From Desulfurococcales archaeon (GTDB lineage: Archaea; Thermoproteota; Thermoprotei_A; Sulfolobales; NBVN01): a DNA stretch of 49,279 bases. Made by a program: the position numbers and the translations under genes. Below, piece after piece: positions 9,627-18,218 of the stretch. The stretch spans positions 1 through 49,279 of the forward strand of contig JALVVU010000066.1 in assembly GCA_027023255.1 (NCBI GenBank), in the 5' to 3' direction. Within the stretch, counting starts at the first letter, position 1; every line of letters begins with the position of its first letter. The notes under the pieces are model-generated. The model worked only from the letters and a program-made list of their open reading frames with translations. It was not told the origin of the DNA and made no database searches.

Positions 9627-9901
9627 TTGATCTTATAAAACAGAACTCCCCGACTTATCATTACTTAGTTCCCTACAGCAACTAACCCTACATCCGCTTA
9701 CTATTAGTTAAGAAAGATATCATTTATAACGTTAACAACACTATCTTTCATGTGTAAGGTAATGAGCCCCAACAATCAAGTATTCGTTCGACACACTATT
9801 GTGAAAGCATATACGCCTATGCTCAGACTTATGGGCAACTCTGAATTACTATCTCTTAATAGCATGGGTCTCATCTCTTTAAGGGATGGGGTGGTAGCAG
9901 C

Positions 9902-10921
9902 TTGAGTGCAGCTATTGACATGTTTAGCCGCCTATTCTCCCTAATAGATTTGGTGGACTATGACATGATGATAATTCTCCCCCAAAAACATGTAATTAAC
10001 ATAGAAGGAATTACGCGCAACTTACAGAGCCTCGTGATTCTTTTCGGTAATGAGGAGGAGTCCAAGATACAATATGAATCCAAGGATATTTACTTCTTCT
10101 CAACTAAGGGGTTACCGGACACAGCGTTCTGGATAGACTTGATTAAAGGCAATACGCATCACGATACATTAGTGAAGATCAAATCGTTGATCACCAAGGA
10201 TCTTAAGGAAGTAAACATAGTTGCTCGCGAATCATCCCAGGATACGTTACTCGCATACGAATCACTTAATGAGTTACGCCGCGTTAACACTGAGGCTAAG
10301 GTTAAGGTACTTCTCGACGTATCAAGGCTAGACCACGTGCTTAATACCGCCACATTCATGGCACTCGCACTCGACAAGGGCTTACTTGACATCGCTACTA
10401 TAGCCAATGTAAGCAGAATGATAGCTAAGATGCATGCCCTCAATAATTTAGAGAGAGCTCAGGAACTGAGATGGTGCCTAGCGAACCTAATGCGCGCAGC
10501 AGATAGGGCGCTGGAGAACGATGTACACGTTACCGCCGCAGTATGCTACTCAACAAGCGTCCCGGAAATATTTAAGGACTTGCTAGGGTTTATCCGCTTC
10601 TCCAGGTTCGCATCTTGGGGATCGGAGTATCAGTCTAGCGGAATGTACGGAATTATAGAAGGACCCACATACATAGTTAATGGTGACCAACTAAGGGAAT
10701 TATCAAGGAGGGAGGGCTGGGTTCATGAGGGGGTAGAAATTAGGGAGGGTAATAGATTGAGGATAGCGGCTCTCGATGTGAACGCACAGGTACTGCGTGA
10801 GTTCCTGCAGTCAGCACTAACACAGACGTCGGGACGAGAAGGGGATACGATAACTGGTTATGTTGAACTATACAAGGTTGCGGGCCACATTGAATCCTTA
10901 ATTAAGAAGTTGTGGGGATGA
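9902..10921 (+). CDS. Uncharacterised alpha/beta protein; possible highly degenerate tubulin/FtsZ-like fold
   Basis: 339-aa ORF, TTG after GGGGTGG; order of strand/helix motifs (LVILFG, AFW, VNIVA, VKVLLD, LN..F, LLDIATIAN) parallels the FtsZ/tubulin N-domain but the GGGTG motif is absent. Confidence 0.6.
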   Translation: MSAAIDMFSRLFSLIDLVDYDMMIILPQKHVINIEGITRNLQSLVILFGNEEESKIQYESKDIYFFSTKGLPDTAFWIDLIKGNTHHDTLVKIKSLITKDLKEVNIVARESSQDTLLAYESLNELRRVNTEAKVKVLLDVSRLDHVLNTATFMALALDKGLLDIATIANVSRMIAKMHALNNLERAQELRWCLANLMRAADRALENDVHVTAAVCYSTSVPEIFKDLLGFIRFSRFASWGSEYQSSGMYGIIEGPTYIVNGDQLRELSRREGWVHEGVEIREGNRLRIAALDVNAQVLREFLQSALTQTSGREGDTITGYVELYKVAGHIESLIKKLWG

Positions 10922-10927
10922 TCAGGT

Positions 10928-13108
10928 ATGCCCGTAGAGAAGGATTCCATTATTGTCTCTGCGGTGCTCGCTGCTTGGGTACTACTTTATGGGTATGCGT
11001 TAAGTGTTGTAAGATATCCCTTTAGTATGGCCGTTTGTGGTGCATTCATAATCCTTATCGTGAGCCACGCTATCCTAGTTAGAAGCGATAGGAAGGGCAC
11101 ACCCTTTACTATGGCGTATGCTGCCTACGTTATCCTAACGCTTTTCTCCTTAGCTAAAAATATTCACCCGGCTGTACGGTGGGCATCGGAGTTCCTGGTG
11201 TTCTCTGTCCTTAGTGTAGTGTTCATCGCTTTCTATGACATGCTTGTAAAGGTCAGTAACCGGGACCTCCTACCGCAGTTAGTTCTACTGTACGCCTTAG
11301 CTATATCATTACTAGGGGCTAGTGGTTGGGTGCTAATCTCTTTACTAGGTTTAGCTACGGCGCTTGTCTGCAGTATGAGGTCACTCATAGGTTACCTCAT
11401 GTCGCTTGTCTTCGCTCTATTACCGTTCATTGGGATTCCAGCAGTGGTTTATAATGCTGGGAATCTTCCCCACATAACGCTACCCGGTCTCCACGTCGGG
11501 AGCATGGCCTACGTAACTGCCCTTGTAGTAACGTACGTTGCGTTGGCAATTGCAGGCGGGGTAGGTGGGATCCTCGCAATAACTTTCTGGAAATCCTTAA
11601 CTAGGCCTGAGAAGGTTCCTCGTACGTTAATGAACTCATTCTCAATCGCGATATCTGGCATAGTATTCAACGCATTAGTAATAGTCCTTGTTTACTTACT
11701 TGCACCGTGGCTAAATGGAGTTCTCGTTGTGAAGTCCGTGACACTGACATTAATATCAACATTCACAGCCGCGTTGCTCACAAATACAACCCTATTCCGA
11801 AGGGAAATTAAGAGACTTTTGAAGGACTTTGAGGAACGCAGTGAACACATTCTTCGCGTGCTAGATAATGTTAGAGATGCCGTGAATGCGCTCACATCTG
11901 TAGGTGTGACTAACGAAAAGACAGAGGAACTGCGTAGCCGAACCAATGAAATAATCGTGAATTTAAGGAGGATAAAGGAACGTGTCTCGAGCAATCCCTC
12001 TCCAGACACTTTGAAATCTGCACTCAATGAACTCGACATTATTAAGAAGGACACCGCTGAGGTTGAGAGGGAAATCGTAGACACATTCACGTCCCTCACA
12101 ACTACAGTACAGAGTCTTAAGCCCATCATGGACCCGTACGTAAGGATCCCGGAGGACCTGTGGCTTAAGGCCGTGACTGCCACAAAGGTTGAGGGAATAG
12201 AGGACATCTTGATCAAGGCAAACGCCCTTCGTAGGATCGCGGAAAGGCTCTGTACTTATTTAGAGAAAGCCATAAACCAGAGTCTTGCAGAGTTAGAAAA
12301 AGTTCTAGGCATTAAGGCTATTCCTGAGGAACCCATGAAGTGTAGTAACTGGCGTAACCCCATCTCAGCACTAAAGGGAATAGTGAGGGAGTACACTTTA
12401 ATCCTTGCCAGAAATAAGCACGCGATACAGGAAACCTACAATAAGCTCTTGAAGCTTAAGGAGTTTTTCTTGACTCTTGAGAAGGATGTAAAGGAAAACG
12501 ATCTACAAAACACTAACTTCGGCATGCTCCTGTCAGAAGCTTCAAGTATACTCTCGGAGGTTCCGGACGTCATACCATCAACACATTCCGCAACACGTGT
12601 AATTAAGGACGTTACGGAGAAACTCCGAGAAATCATTGCCAAGTTACCTGAAGCCCTTAAGGCTGACCTGAACTTACTGCTTGAAGGCTCAAGAACAAAT
12701 ACCGCCACAGAGGTGGCGTCAACACTTCATGCACTCAGCGACGTTGGTGAGAGGCTAAATTACCTTTGTGAAACCCTTGAGAACCTAAATAAGGAAGGGA
12801 CTGAGGGAAGCTATGCACAGCTAATAACAGCGTACGATTCGGTATTACCTAAGCTGCTGAAGAAGATCGTGGATAACCTAAAGGAATTAGCGGCAATGCA
12901 TCGGAGAACCGGATTAATACCTGTTGTAATGGAGTACATCGACTACCTACTCATGAAGAAGGGAGGAGTACTGAGTCTGGAGGACTTACCATTCAAGAGA
13001 GACGCTTCAATTCACTTCATCCAGCTCTACGCTATAAGCAGGAAGGACGTTGAGGTGCTGGAAGGAGGGATTAGAATTAGAGGAGGTGCGCAGAATGCCC
13101 AGAAGTAA
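10928..13108 (+). CDS. Large polytopic membrane protein with long cytoplasmic helical/coiled-coil region
   Basis: About 9-10 hydrophobic segments in aa 7-290, then heptad-rich helices; short C-terminal helix-helix-hairpin pattern. Confidence 0.8.
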   Translation: MPVEKDSIIVSAVLAAWVLLYGYALSVVRYPFSMAVCGAFIILIVSHAILVRSDRKGTPFTMAYAAYVILTLFSLAKNIHPAVRWASEFLVFSVLSVVFIAFYDMLVKVSNRDLLPQLVLLYALAISLLGASGWVLISLLGLATALVCSMRSLIGYLMSLVFALLPFIGIPAVVYNAGNLPHITLPGLHVGSMAYVTALVVTYVALAIAGGVGGILAITFWKSLTRPEKVPRTLMNSFSIAISGIVFNALVIVLVYLLAPWLNGVLVVKSVTLTLISTFTAALLTNTTLFRREIKRLLKDFEERSEHILRVLDNVRDAVNALTSVGVTNEKTEELRSRTNEIIVNLRRIKERVSSNPSPDTLKSALNELDIIKKDTAEVEREIVDTFTSLTTTVQSLKPIMDPYVRIPEDLWLKAVTATKVEGIEDILIKANALRRIAERLCTYLEKAINQSLAELEKVLGIKAIPEEPMKCSNWRNPISALKGIVREYTLILARNKHAIQETYNKLLKLKEFFLTLEKDVKENDLQNTNFGMLLSEASSILSEVPDVIPSTHSATRVIKDVTEKLREIIAKLPEALKADLNLLLEGSRTNTATEVASTLHALSDVGERLNYLCETLENLNKEGTEGSYAQLITAYDSVLPKLLKKIVDNLKELAAMHRRTGLIPVVMEYIDYLLMKKGGVLSLEDLPFKRDASIHFIQLYAISRKDVEVLEGGIRIRGGAQNAQK

Positions 13109-13997
13109 GTGTAGATACTTAGGTGAAGAAACTCCTTGCGATGTAGAAGTAAGTAATAGGGAAATCACCCTAAGAAGCCTTGAAGGGCAGTTAGTGATTG
13201 CCCTAAAACTCGAGGATATTCTCTCTATTGAGCAGAGGGGCAACGAATTCACAATAATGATGAAGAACGGTGATCGAGTATCCATAATGATAACTAGGGA
13301 GTTATTGAAGAGAATCATGTATGTGACCACGTTACTGGAATTAAAGAATTCTGCAAGGAAGGCACTGTTGACGCTAAAAGCGTGCCTGTTAACATTATCA
13401 AGAGTGCTATCCTTACTCGAGGAAATCATGACGAAACTACGTCGGGGCAATATACCTGACTGGGACAGGATCAACGAAGTCAGTGCTGAGCTTAAGAAGG
13501 TAGTATTGAATGAATTACCGGAGAGAACCTCTGGAGTAAGGGCAGGCGAGATAATTGACGTCCTTGAGGAACTCTCCAGAAACGCTAGAACAAAGTACGT
13601 CAATGGTATCAGAATGAATGCTAGGAAACTTGTTGGGATAATGTCTAACGAGTGTATAGTGAAACTATCTCACATATTAGCCTCAGTTAACTTTGCTGTT
13701 GCCGTTGATGTAGTACTGTACATTCATTCTTATTGCTTTGCCAAGAAATTCGACATGCGTTTAGAGGCGAATACCTCCAAAGCTAGGATCGTGGATACCC
13801 TCTCTGAACTCCTCGACAACGTGTTCTGGCTTGGCGGAGGCGAGCCGGAAAAGGTTATGACTGCCGTCCTTAAGTCGCTTGATGACGCTGACGCGGATAA
13901 GAGTGTTGAGGTATTCGTGAATGAGCTGATTAAGGGTATCTGTAGCCACTATTCTATAGCCTGTGAAGGTATAATGAGTCTTAGTGTTGAAGGATGA
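13095..13997 (+). CDS. Uncharacterised protein with N-terminal PH-like beta domain and helical C-terminus
   Basis: ATG 13095 after GGAGGTG, overlapping the upstream stop; CDVEV..EITL..LVIALKLEDILSIEQ..EFTIMMKNG..VSI pattern typical of bacterial-type PH domains. Confidence 0.7.
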   Translation: MPRSKCRYLGEETPCDVEVSNREITLRSLEGQLVIALKLEDILSIEQRGNEFTIMMKNGDRVSIMITRELLKRIMYVTTLLELKNSARKALLTLKACLLTLSRVLSLLEEIMTKLRRGNIPDWDRINEVSAELKKVVLNELPERTSGVRAGEIIDVLEELSRNARTKYVNGIRMNARKLVGIMSNECIVKLSHILASVNFAVAVDVVLYIHSYCFAKKFDMRLEANTSKARIVDTLSELLDNVFWLGGGEPEKVMTAVLKSLDDADADKSVEVFVNELIKGICSHYSIACEGIMSLSVEG

Positions 13998-14946
13998 TCG
14001 CCTCTATTTCCTTCAATATGGTGTCCATATTTCTTAGGGCGACATCTCTGGAGGGATAGTTAAACATTCGTGTTCTCGGGGATTCATTGTAGAAAGGTCT
14101 ATTGCAACCTGGGCAACCACGCACCATGACGCACCTTATGATCTCATCCACTCTCTCTAGATCTAAGTATTCAGGCCTTATGTAGGGTAAACCGTTCTTG
14201 AAGACCGTGAATGACCTCCAGTCTTCACCTTCCATAATGAGGTGCGTCGCTAGTTGCGCGAACCTGTAGTACCTTATGCTTGGGGGGCTACGGGTACCGT
14301 ACATCGGTGTGCCCCTCACGGGTGTGAAGGCGAAGAGGGATACTTCTGATCCGAGATCCCTCACCCTCTCTATGGTCTCAAGTAGCTCTCTCGGTGTCTC
14401 ACCCAACCCCACTATGATGTGTGTAACCACATGGCCTTCCCCGAATACCGTGATGCCATCCTTGATGAATTCCCAGTAACGGTTCCAAGGGTAAGGCTTA
14501 CTGACGGCACGCACTACCCTAGGGGAAGCAGCGTCTAACCCCACGCCTAGATAGTCGGTACCTAGATCCCGTAGCTCCTTAAGGTACCTTAGAGGGACAG
14601 GAGTTATCGATACCGATACGTTAAGGCCATACTCATGGAGGGTCTTAACAACCTCCTTGGTTTCGCTCATGAAATTCTCCTTGATCACGGTCTGCACGCA
14701 GACCCGCTTTATCCCTGCTTTAGCGAGGGACGTGGCTAGGGTCTCTAAGTCGCTTTCAGGCCATGTAATGCGTGAGAGAAGTTCCTTGGATGAGCTAGCA
14801 TCCCTAGATTGAGGGCAGAAGGCGCACGTGCCGTTACACCCATGGTTACTGTCCAGCATGACGTAACCTATGGTTGGTAGCGCATCAACCCTAGCGTTTT
14901 CAAGTCCAGCAACCACTAGCGTTCCGAGGGACGCTCTAATCCTCAC
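13981..14946 (-). CDS. lipS2: Radical SAM lipoyl synthase component LipS2
   Basis: CNGTCAFC radical SAM motif plus RGCPGCNRP matching the TxGCPxC(N/D)RP motif of Thermococcus TK2248-type LipS2; adjacent to lipoate ligase. Confidence 0.85.
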   Translation of the reverse strand: MRIRASLGTLVVAGLENARVDALPTIGYVMLDSNHGCNGTCAFCPQSRDASSSKELLSRITWPESDLETLATSLAKAGIKRVCVQTVIKENFMSETKEVVKTLHEYGLNVSVSITPVPLRYLKELRDLGTDYLGVGLDAASPRVVRAVSKPYPWNRYWEFIKDGITVFGEGHVVTHIIVGLGETPRELLETIERVRDLGSEVSLFAFTPVRGTPMYGTRSPPSIRYYRFAQLATHLIMEGEDWRSFTVFKNGLPYIRPEYLDLERVDEIIRCVMVRGCPGCNRPFYNESPRTRMFNYPSRDVALRNMDTILKEIEAIILQH

Positions 14947-14988
14947 TTCCTAGCCCTAGGTAGTTATTACTAGACGTGCAATTAACTT

Positions 14989-15762
14989 GTGCGGGTGGAT
15001 GAGGTGCCTCGAGACGCTATGAGGTTAATAGTAGATGAGGGGACCCCGTTCTTCAACATGGCTATGGATGAGGCGATGCTCCTGCTACGTGGTATCAACG
15101 CTGTGGAGGACACGCTAAGGCTATACGTCATGAGACCATCCGCAGTAACCATAGGTTACTTTCAGTCCCTAAGCCAGTCCGTCAACTTAGGGTACGTTAG
15201 GGAGCACGGCATACCTGTCGTGAGGCGTGTCAGTGGTGGTGGTTCCGTGTATCATGACTCGTTGGGTGAGGTGACGTACGCTATTGTCCTTAGCGCCGAC
15301 TCTGTTCCGAGGGATTATGTGGAGTCCTTCAGGCTTATTTGTGAGGGTGTCGTGCGTGCAGCTAGGCGTTTGGGTTGCGAGGCAAGTTTCGCCCCGTTGA
15401 ATGATGTTGTCGCGCATGGCCGTAAGCTTTCGGGGAGCGCGCAGGCCCGTAGGCTCGGGGCTCTTCTTCAGCATGGGACGTTTATGTATGCTACGGACAT
15501 TAACACGTTGGCTAATTCCCTACGCGTTCCCGGGGTTAAGTATGGAGGCGCGTCAACTATAAGGAAGCGAGTAATAACAGTTTCTGAATGTGTTGGCAGA
15601 TGCATCAGTAAGGAAGAGGCTATCGAAGCCCTAATCGAGGGGTTCTCGGACGCGCTTAACGTTGAGTTCGTGCGGGGTAAGTACTCTCCTGCCGAGTTAG
15701 AGCTTGCGAAGAGTTTAGAGTGGAAGTATAGGTCGCGGGAGTGGACAGCTCTTAGGCCATGA
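14989..15762 (+). CDS. lplA: Lipoate-protein ligase, catalytic domain
   Basis: NMAMDEA, VTIGYFQ, RRVSGGGSVYHD, NDVV..GRKLSGSAQ, LQHGT. Confidence 0.93.
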   Translation: MRVDEVPRDAMRLIVDEGTPFFNMAMDEAMLLLRGINAVEDTLRLYVMRPSAVTIGYFQSLSQSVNLGYVREHGIPVVRRVSGGGSVYHDSLGEVTYAIVLSADSVPRDYVESFRLICEGVVRAARRLGCEASFAPLNDVVAHGRKLSGSAQARRLGALLQHGTFMYATDINTLANSLRVPGVKYGGASTIRKRVITVSECVGRCISKEEAIEALIEGFSDALNVEFVRGKYSPAELELAKSLEWKYRSREWTALRP

Positions 15763-15763
15763 G

Positions 15764-16090
15764 GTGAGTGCTGTGGGGGTCATTGAGGCGTCAGCTAAGA
15801 GGAAGGGCGAGAAAGTCATAATGATCAGATTAGTGCTTAATGAGAAATGCGTTATCGAGTCTGCTGAAGCGCTCGGCGACTTCTTTGCTACGAATCCTGA
15901 GGCTTTAGAGGAAATGCTGCGGAGCTTAGCAGGCGCTAGGGCAGCGAATGTTGAGTGGAGAGAGTTCCTTAAGGATATGGCGAGGGCTTCGGGACTGTAC
16001 GGTGTTTCGAGGGAAACTTTAGATAGCTTAGCCGTAAAGCTTGCTGAGGAGGTAAGCAGGGTTTGCGGGGAAGGAGCTGCGGTAGAGTAG
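15764..16090 (+). CDS. Lipoate-protein ligase accessory (C-terminal) domain, LplB-like
   Basis: Directly after lplA; K..GEK.I.I, GDFFA.NPEALEEM...L.G, LYGVS motifs of the Lip_prot_lig_C domain. Confidence 0.75.
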   Translation: MSAVGVIEASAKRKGEKVIMIRLVLNEKCVIESAEALGDFFATNPEALEEMLRSLAGARAANVEWREFLKDMARASGLYGVSRETLDSLAVKLAEEVSRVCGEGAAVE

Positions 16091-16752
16091 GTGTTTTGGC
16101 CTTCGACATGGATGGTGTACTCATTGTAGAGAAGTCCTCTTGGAGCGTGCTTCACGAGTACTTCGGTTCGAAAGCGATAGTGGATGAAGCTGGTGACGCG
16201 CATCGATTCGAGCGCGGGGAGATAACGTACTCAGAGTGGATGAGGCGCGATACGGAGGCCATGGTTCGCGTTGCTGGACGGTGCATCACTAGGGATGAAA
16301 TCCTCAATGCCCTCCTAGGTAGGGTCACAATAAGGGACTCAGCGAGGAGGGTTGTGGAGCTAGCTAGGGGTTACGGGATCGTGACTGCTGTGGTTAGCGG
16401 GGGCGTGCACGTGCTCGCGGAGTACGTTGCGAGGGAGTTAGGTATTGATATGGCGTTCGCGAATAAGTTGACGTTCGATAGGAACGGCTGCCTAGTGCCG
16501 GGCGGAGAGGAAGTAGTTAATCCCCTCCGCAAGGGAGACGTGTTAAGAAGGATATCTAAGGTTACGGGTGTCCCACTCAGTGAATTCATGTACGTTGGGG
16601 ACAGCGCATGGGACGTGAGCGCCTTCCGCTATGTTGGTTACCCAGTATTCCTTAAGGGAAGTGATGATCCGCCAGACCTTGACGGGCTAATAGTGATCAA
16701 TGATCTCTCGGAGTTAAGTACGTTGCTTAAGGAGCTTTGTGAGGAGAGGTAA
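16063..16752 (+). CDS. HAD-IB family phosphatase (phosphoserine phosphatase-like)
   Basis: FDMDGVL motif I, VVSGG motif II, K motif III, YVGDSAWD motif IV. Confidence 0.88.
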   Translation: MRGRSCGRVGVLAFDMDGVLIVEKSSWSVLHEYFGSKAIVDEAGDAHRFERGEITYSEWMRRDTEAMVRVAGRCITRDEILNALLGRVTIRDSARRVVELARGYGIVTAVVSGGVHVLAEYVARELGIDMAFANKLTFDRNGCLVPGGEEVVNPLRKGDVLRRISKVTGVPLSEFMYVGDSAWDVSAFRYVGYPVFLKGSDDPPDLDGLIVINDLSELSTLLKELCEER

Positions 16753-16753
16753 T

Positions 16754-17584
16754 TTAAGCAAACAGGTGTTCGTACTTAGGTTTTAGTGAGCAGCAGGCTT
16801 TAATCACCTGCAAATCGTACTCCCTGACCAATGCTGGCTTAGGTACGGCTATTCGATCCACTAAACACTCACGTAACCATACCTCGTCTAGGGCTTTGAA
16901 CCTCGGTGACCTCATACACCCTAACGCGACTTCCCTGAAACTCACACGTGCTAGCCTCAACGCGTCCCTAACTCTTCCCTCATCATTATTCGTTCCCCTA
17001 ATCTCAACCAACACCACGAACACGTAAGGGTCTAGCTCCGCTATCGCCTTAATCATCCTTTGTTCCTCCTCAGGCGTTGCATATGCTGAGTCCAGTATGA
17101 GGTGTGGAGCTATGAAGTCCTTGCCGTAGGTATCGCGGATATACGCAGCAAACTCAAGGTAGTCGTTGACGCTATGGTGTCCTAACCCCTTAACATGTTT
17201 CAGGTAGCCATTGCTGGGAGGCACCTCAAAATCAATAACGTCTACACCAGCAGACCAAACACTATGGAGTAGGTCGCGAGGAGCTAAGCCTAGGTGTATG
17301 GAGAAAACCGCTTCGTGATCTCTTAAGAAGTTCTTGACAACCTTAAGGTGTTCGTTCCTTATCAGGAGGTACCCGTCTTTGCTGTACCCGCCGCTTAGGA
17401 GGTATCCCCTAACACCTTGCCTGTACAGTTCATTGAGCACTAGCCTCAGCTTTTCTGGGTCACTGACGTCCACCATCCCCTTTAGGTACGCGGCATTACA
17501 TCCTTTGCATGAGAGGTAGCATACAGTACCTGACACGCTTAAGGGGACGTACTTACTGCCTGGGTAGTATGCTTTAGCAGTCAC
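16754..17584 (-). CDS. lipS1: Radical SAM lipoyl synthase component LipS1
   Basis: CYLSCKGC motif, GYLLSGG, LGCMR and C-terminal CC matching the GC(M/A)R and CC motifs of TK2109-type LipS1. Confidence 0.85.
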   Translation of the reverse strand: MTAKAYYPGSKYVPLSVSGTVCYLSCKGCNAAYLKGMVDVSDPEKLRLVLNELYRQGVRGYLLSGGYSKDGYLLIRNEHLKVVKNFLRDHEAVFSIHLGLAPRDLLHSVWSAGVDVIDFEVPPSNGYLKHVKGLGHHSVNDYLEFAAYIRDTYGKDFIAPHLILDSAYATPEEEQRMIKAIAELDPYVFVVLVEIRGTNNDEGRVRDALRLARVSFREVALGCMRSPRFKALDEVWLRECLVDRIAVPKPALVREYDLQVIKACCSLKPKYEHLFA

Positions 17585-17588
17585 TGCG

Positions 17589-18218
17589 CTAGCCTTGCAC
17601 CACCTTATTTTCCTCAGCCCACTTAATCCCCGCCTTATACGCCGCCACCGAGGTTTCTCCTCTTCTCCCAGGCAGGAGCGTTAGTATGGCATTAATCACT
17701 GCGTCATCGCTGAGGATCCCGAATATCCTGTTGAACACGCCGAGCATGACCATATTCGCTGCTCTCGGGTTGCTGACATCGTAGGCTATCTTCCTGGCAG
17801 GCACTATCACTGCTTCGGGGTCAACGCTGGTTAAAGCACCCACTAATTCATCCTTGCTCGGCATTCTTGCCGTGCCTATGCTTGCCGTGATGGGCGGCTT
17901 CACGGTGTCGGCTACTAGGATCTTGCCGCCTTCACTCAGATAGCGTAGGTTGCGGACACTCTCGGTGAGTTCAAGACCCACCATGACGTGCGCCATCCCC
18001 TCAGAGAACGTGGGGGACATGACGGCGTTCTGCGGACCCATGCGCACGAAGCTAGTGACGGAACCAAATCTTTGGGACATCCCTAAGGTCTCCCCGGTCC
18101 TCACAGAGAGGCCTTCACTAACCGCAGCTATAGCTATCGTCCTAGATAGCGTTAGTCCGCCTTGCCCCCCAACCGAAGCTATGAGGATATTGAATACTTC
18201 CTTAATCCCCCTGCTCAT
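17589..18218 (-). CDS. iorB: Indolepyruvate:ferredoxin oxidoreductase beta subunit
   Basis: SVGGQGG, GETLGMSQRFGSV, AANMVMLG; ATG 18218 overlaps iorA stop (ATGA). Confidence 0.9.
   Translation of the reverse strand: MSRGIKEVFNILIASVGGQGGLTLSRTIAIAAVSEGLSVRTGETLGMSQRFGSVTSFVRMGPQNAVMSPTFSEGMAHVMVGLELTESVRNLRYLSEGGKILVADTVKPPITASIGTARMPSKDELVGALTSVDPEAVIVPARKIAYDVSNPRAANMVMLGVFNRIFGILSDDAVINAILTLLPGRRGETSVAAYKAGIKWAEENKVVQG

Noticed and set aside
9827..9840. 14-bp exact repeat ACTTATGGGCAACT, also at 41846-41859, both intergenic; considered as att sites
   Set aside because: A few 14-mer repeats are expected by chance in 49 kb; the enclosed 32 kb is largely housekeeping, with no integrase or tRNA
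13007..13603. 198-aa antisense ORF, plus similar ones such as 11692-12216, 20149-20730, 34195-34668 and 47082-47549
   Set aside because: Ser-rich shadows of well-supported opposite-strand genes, with no motifs
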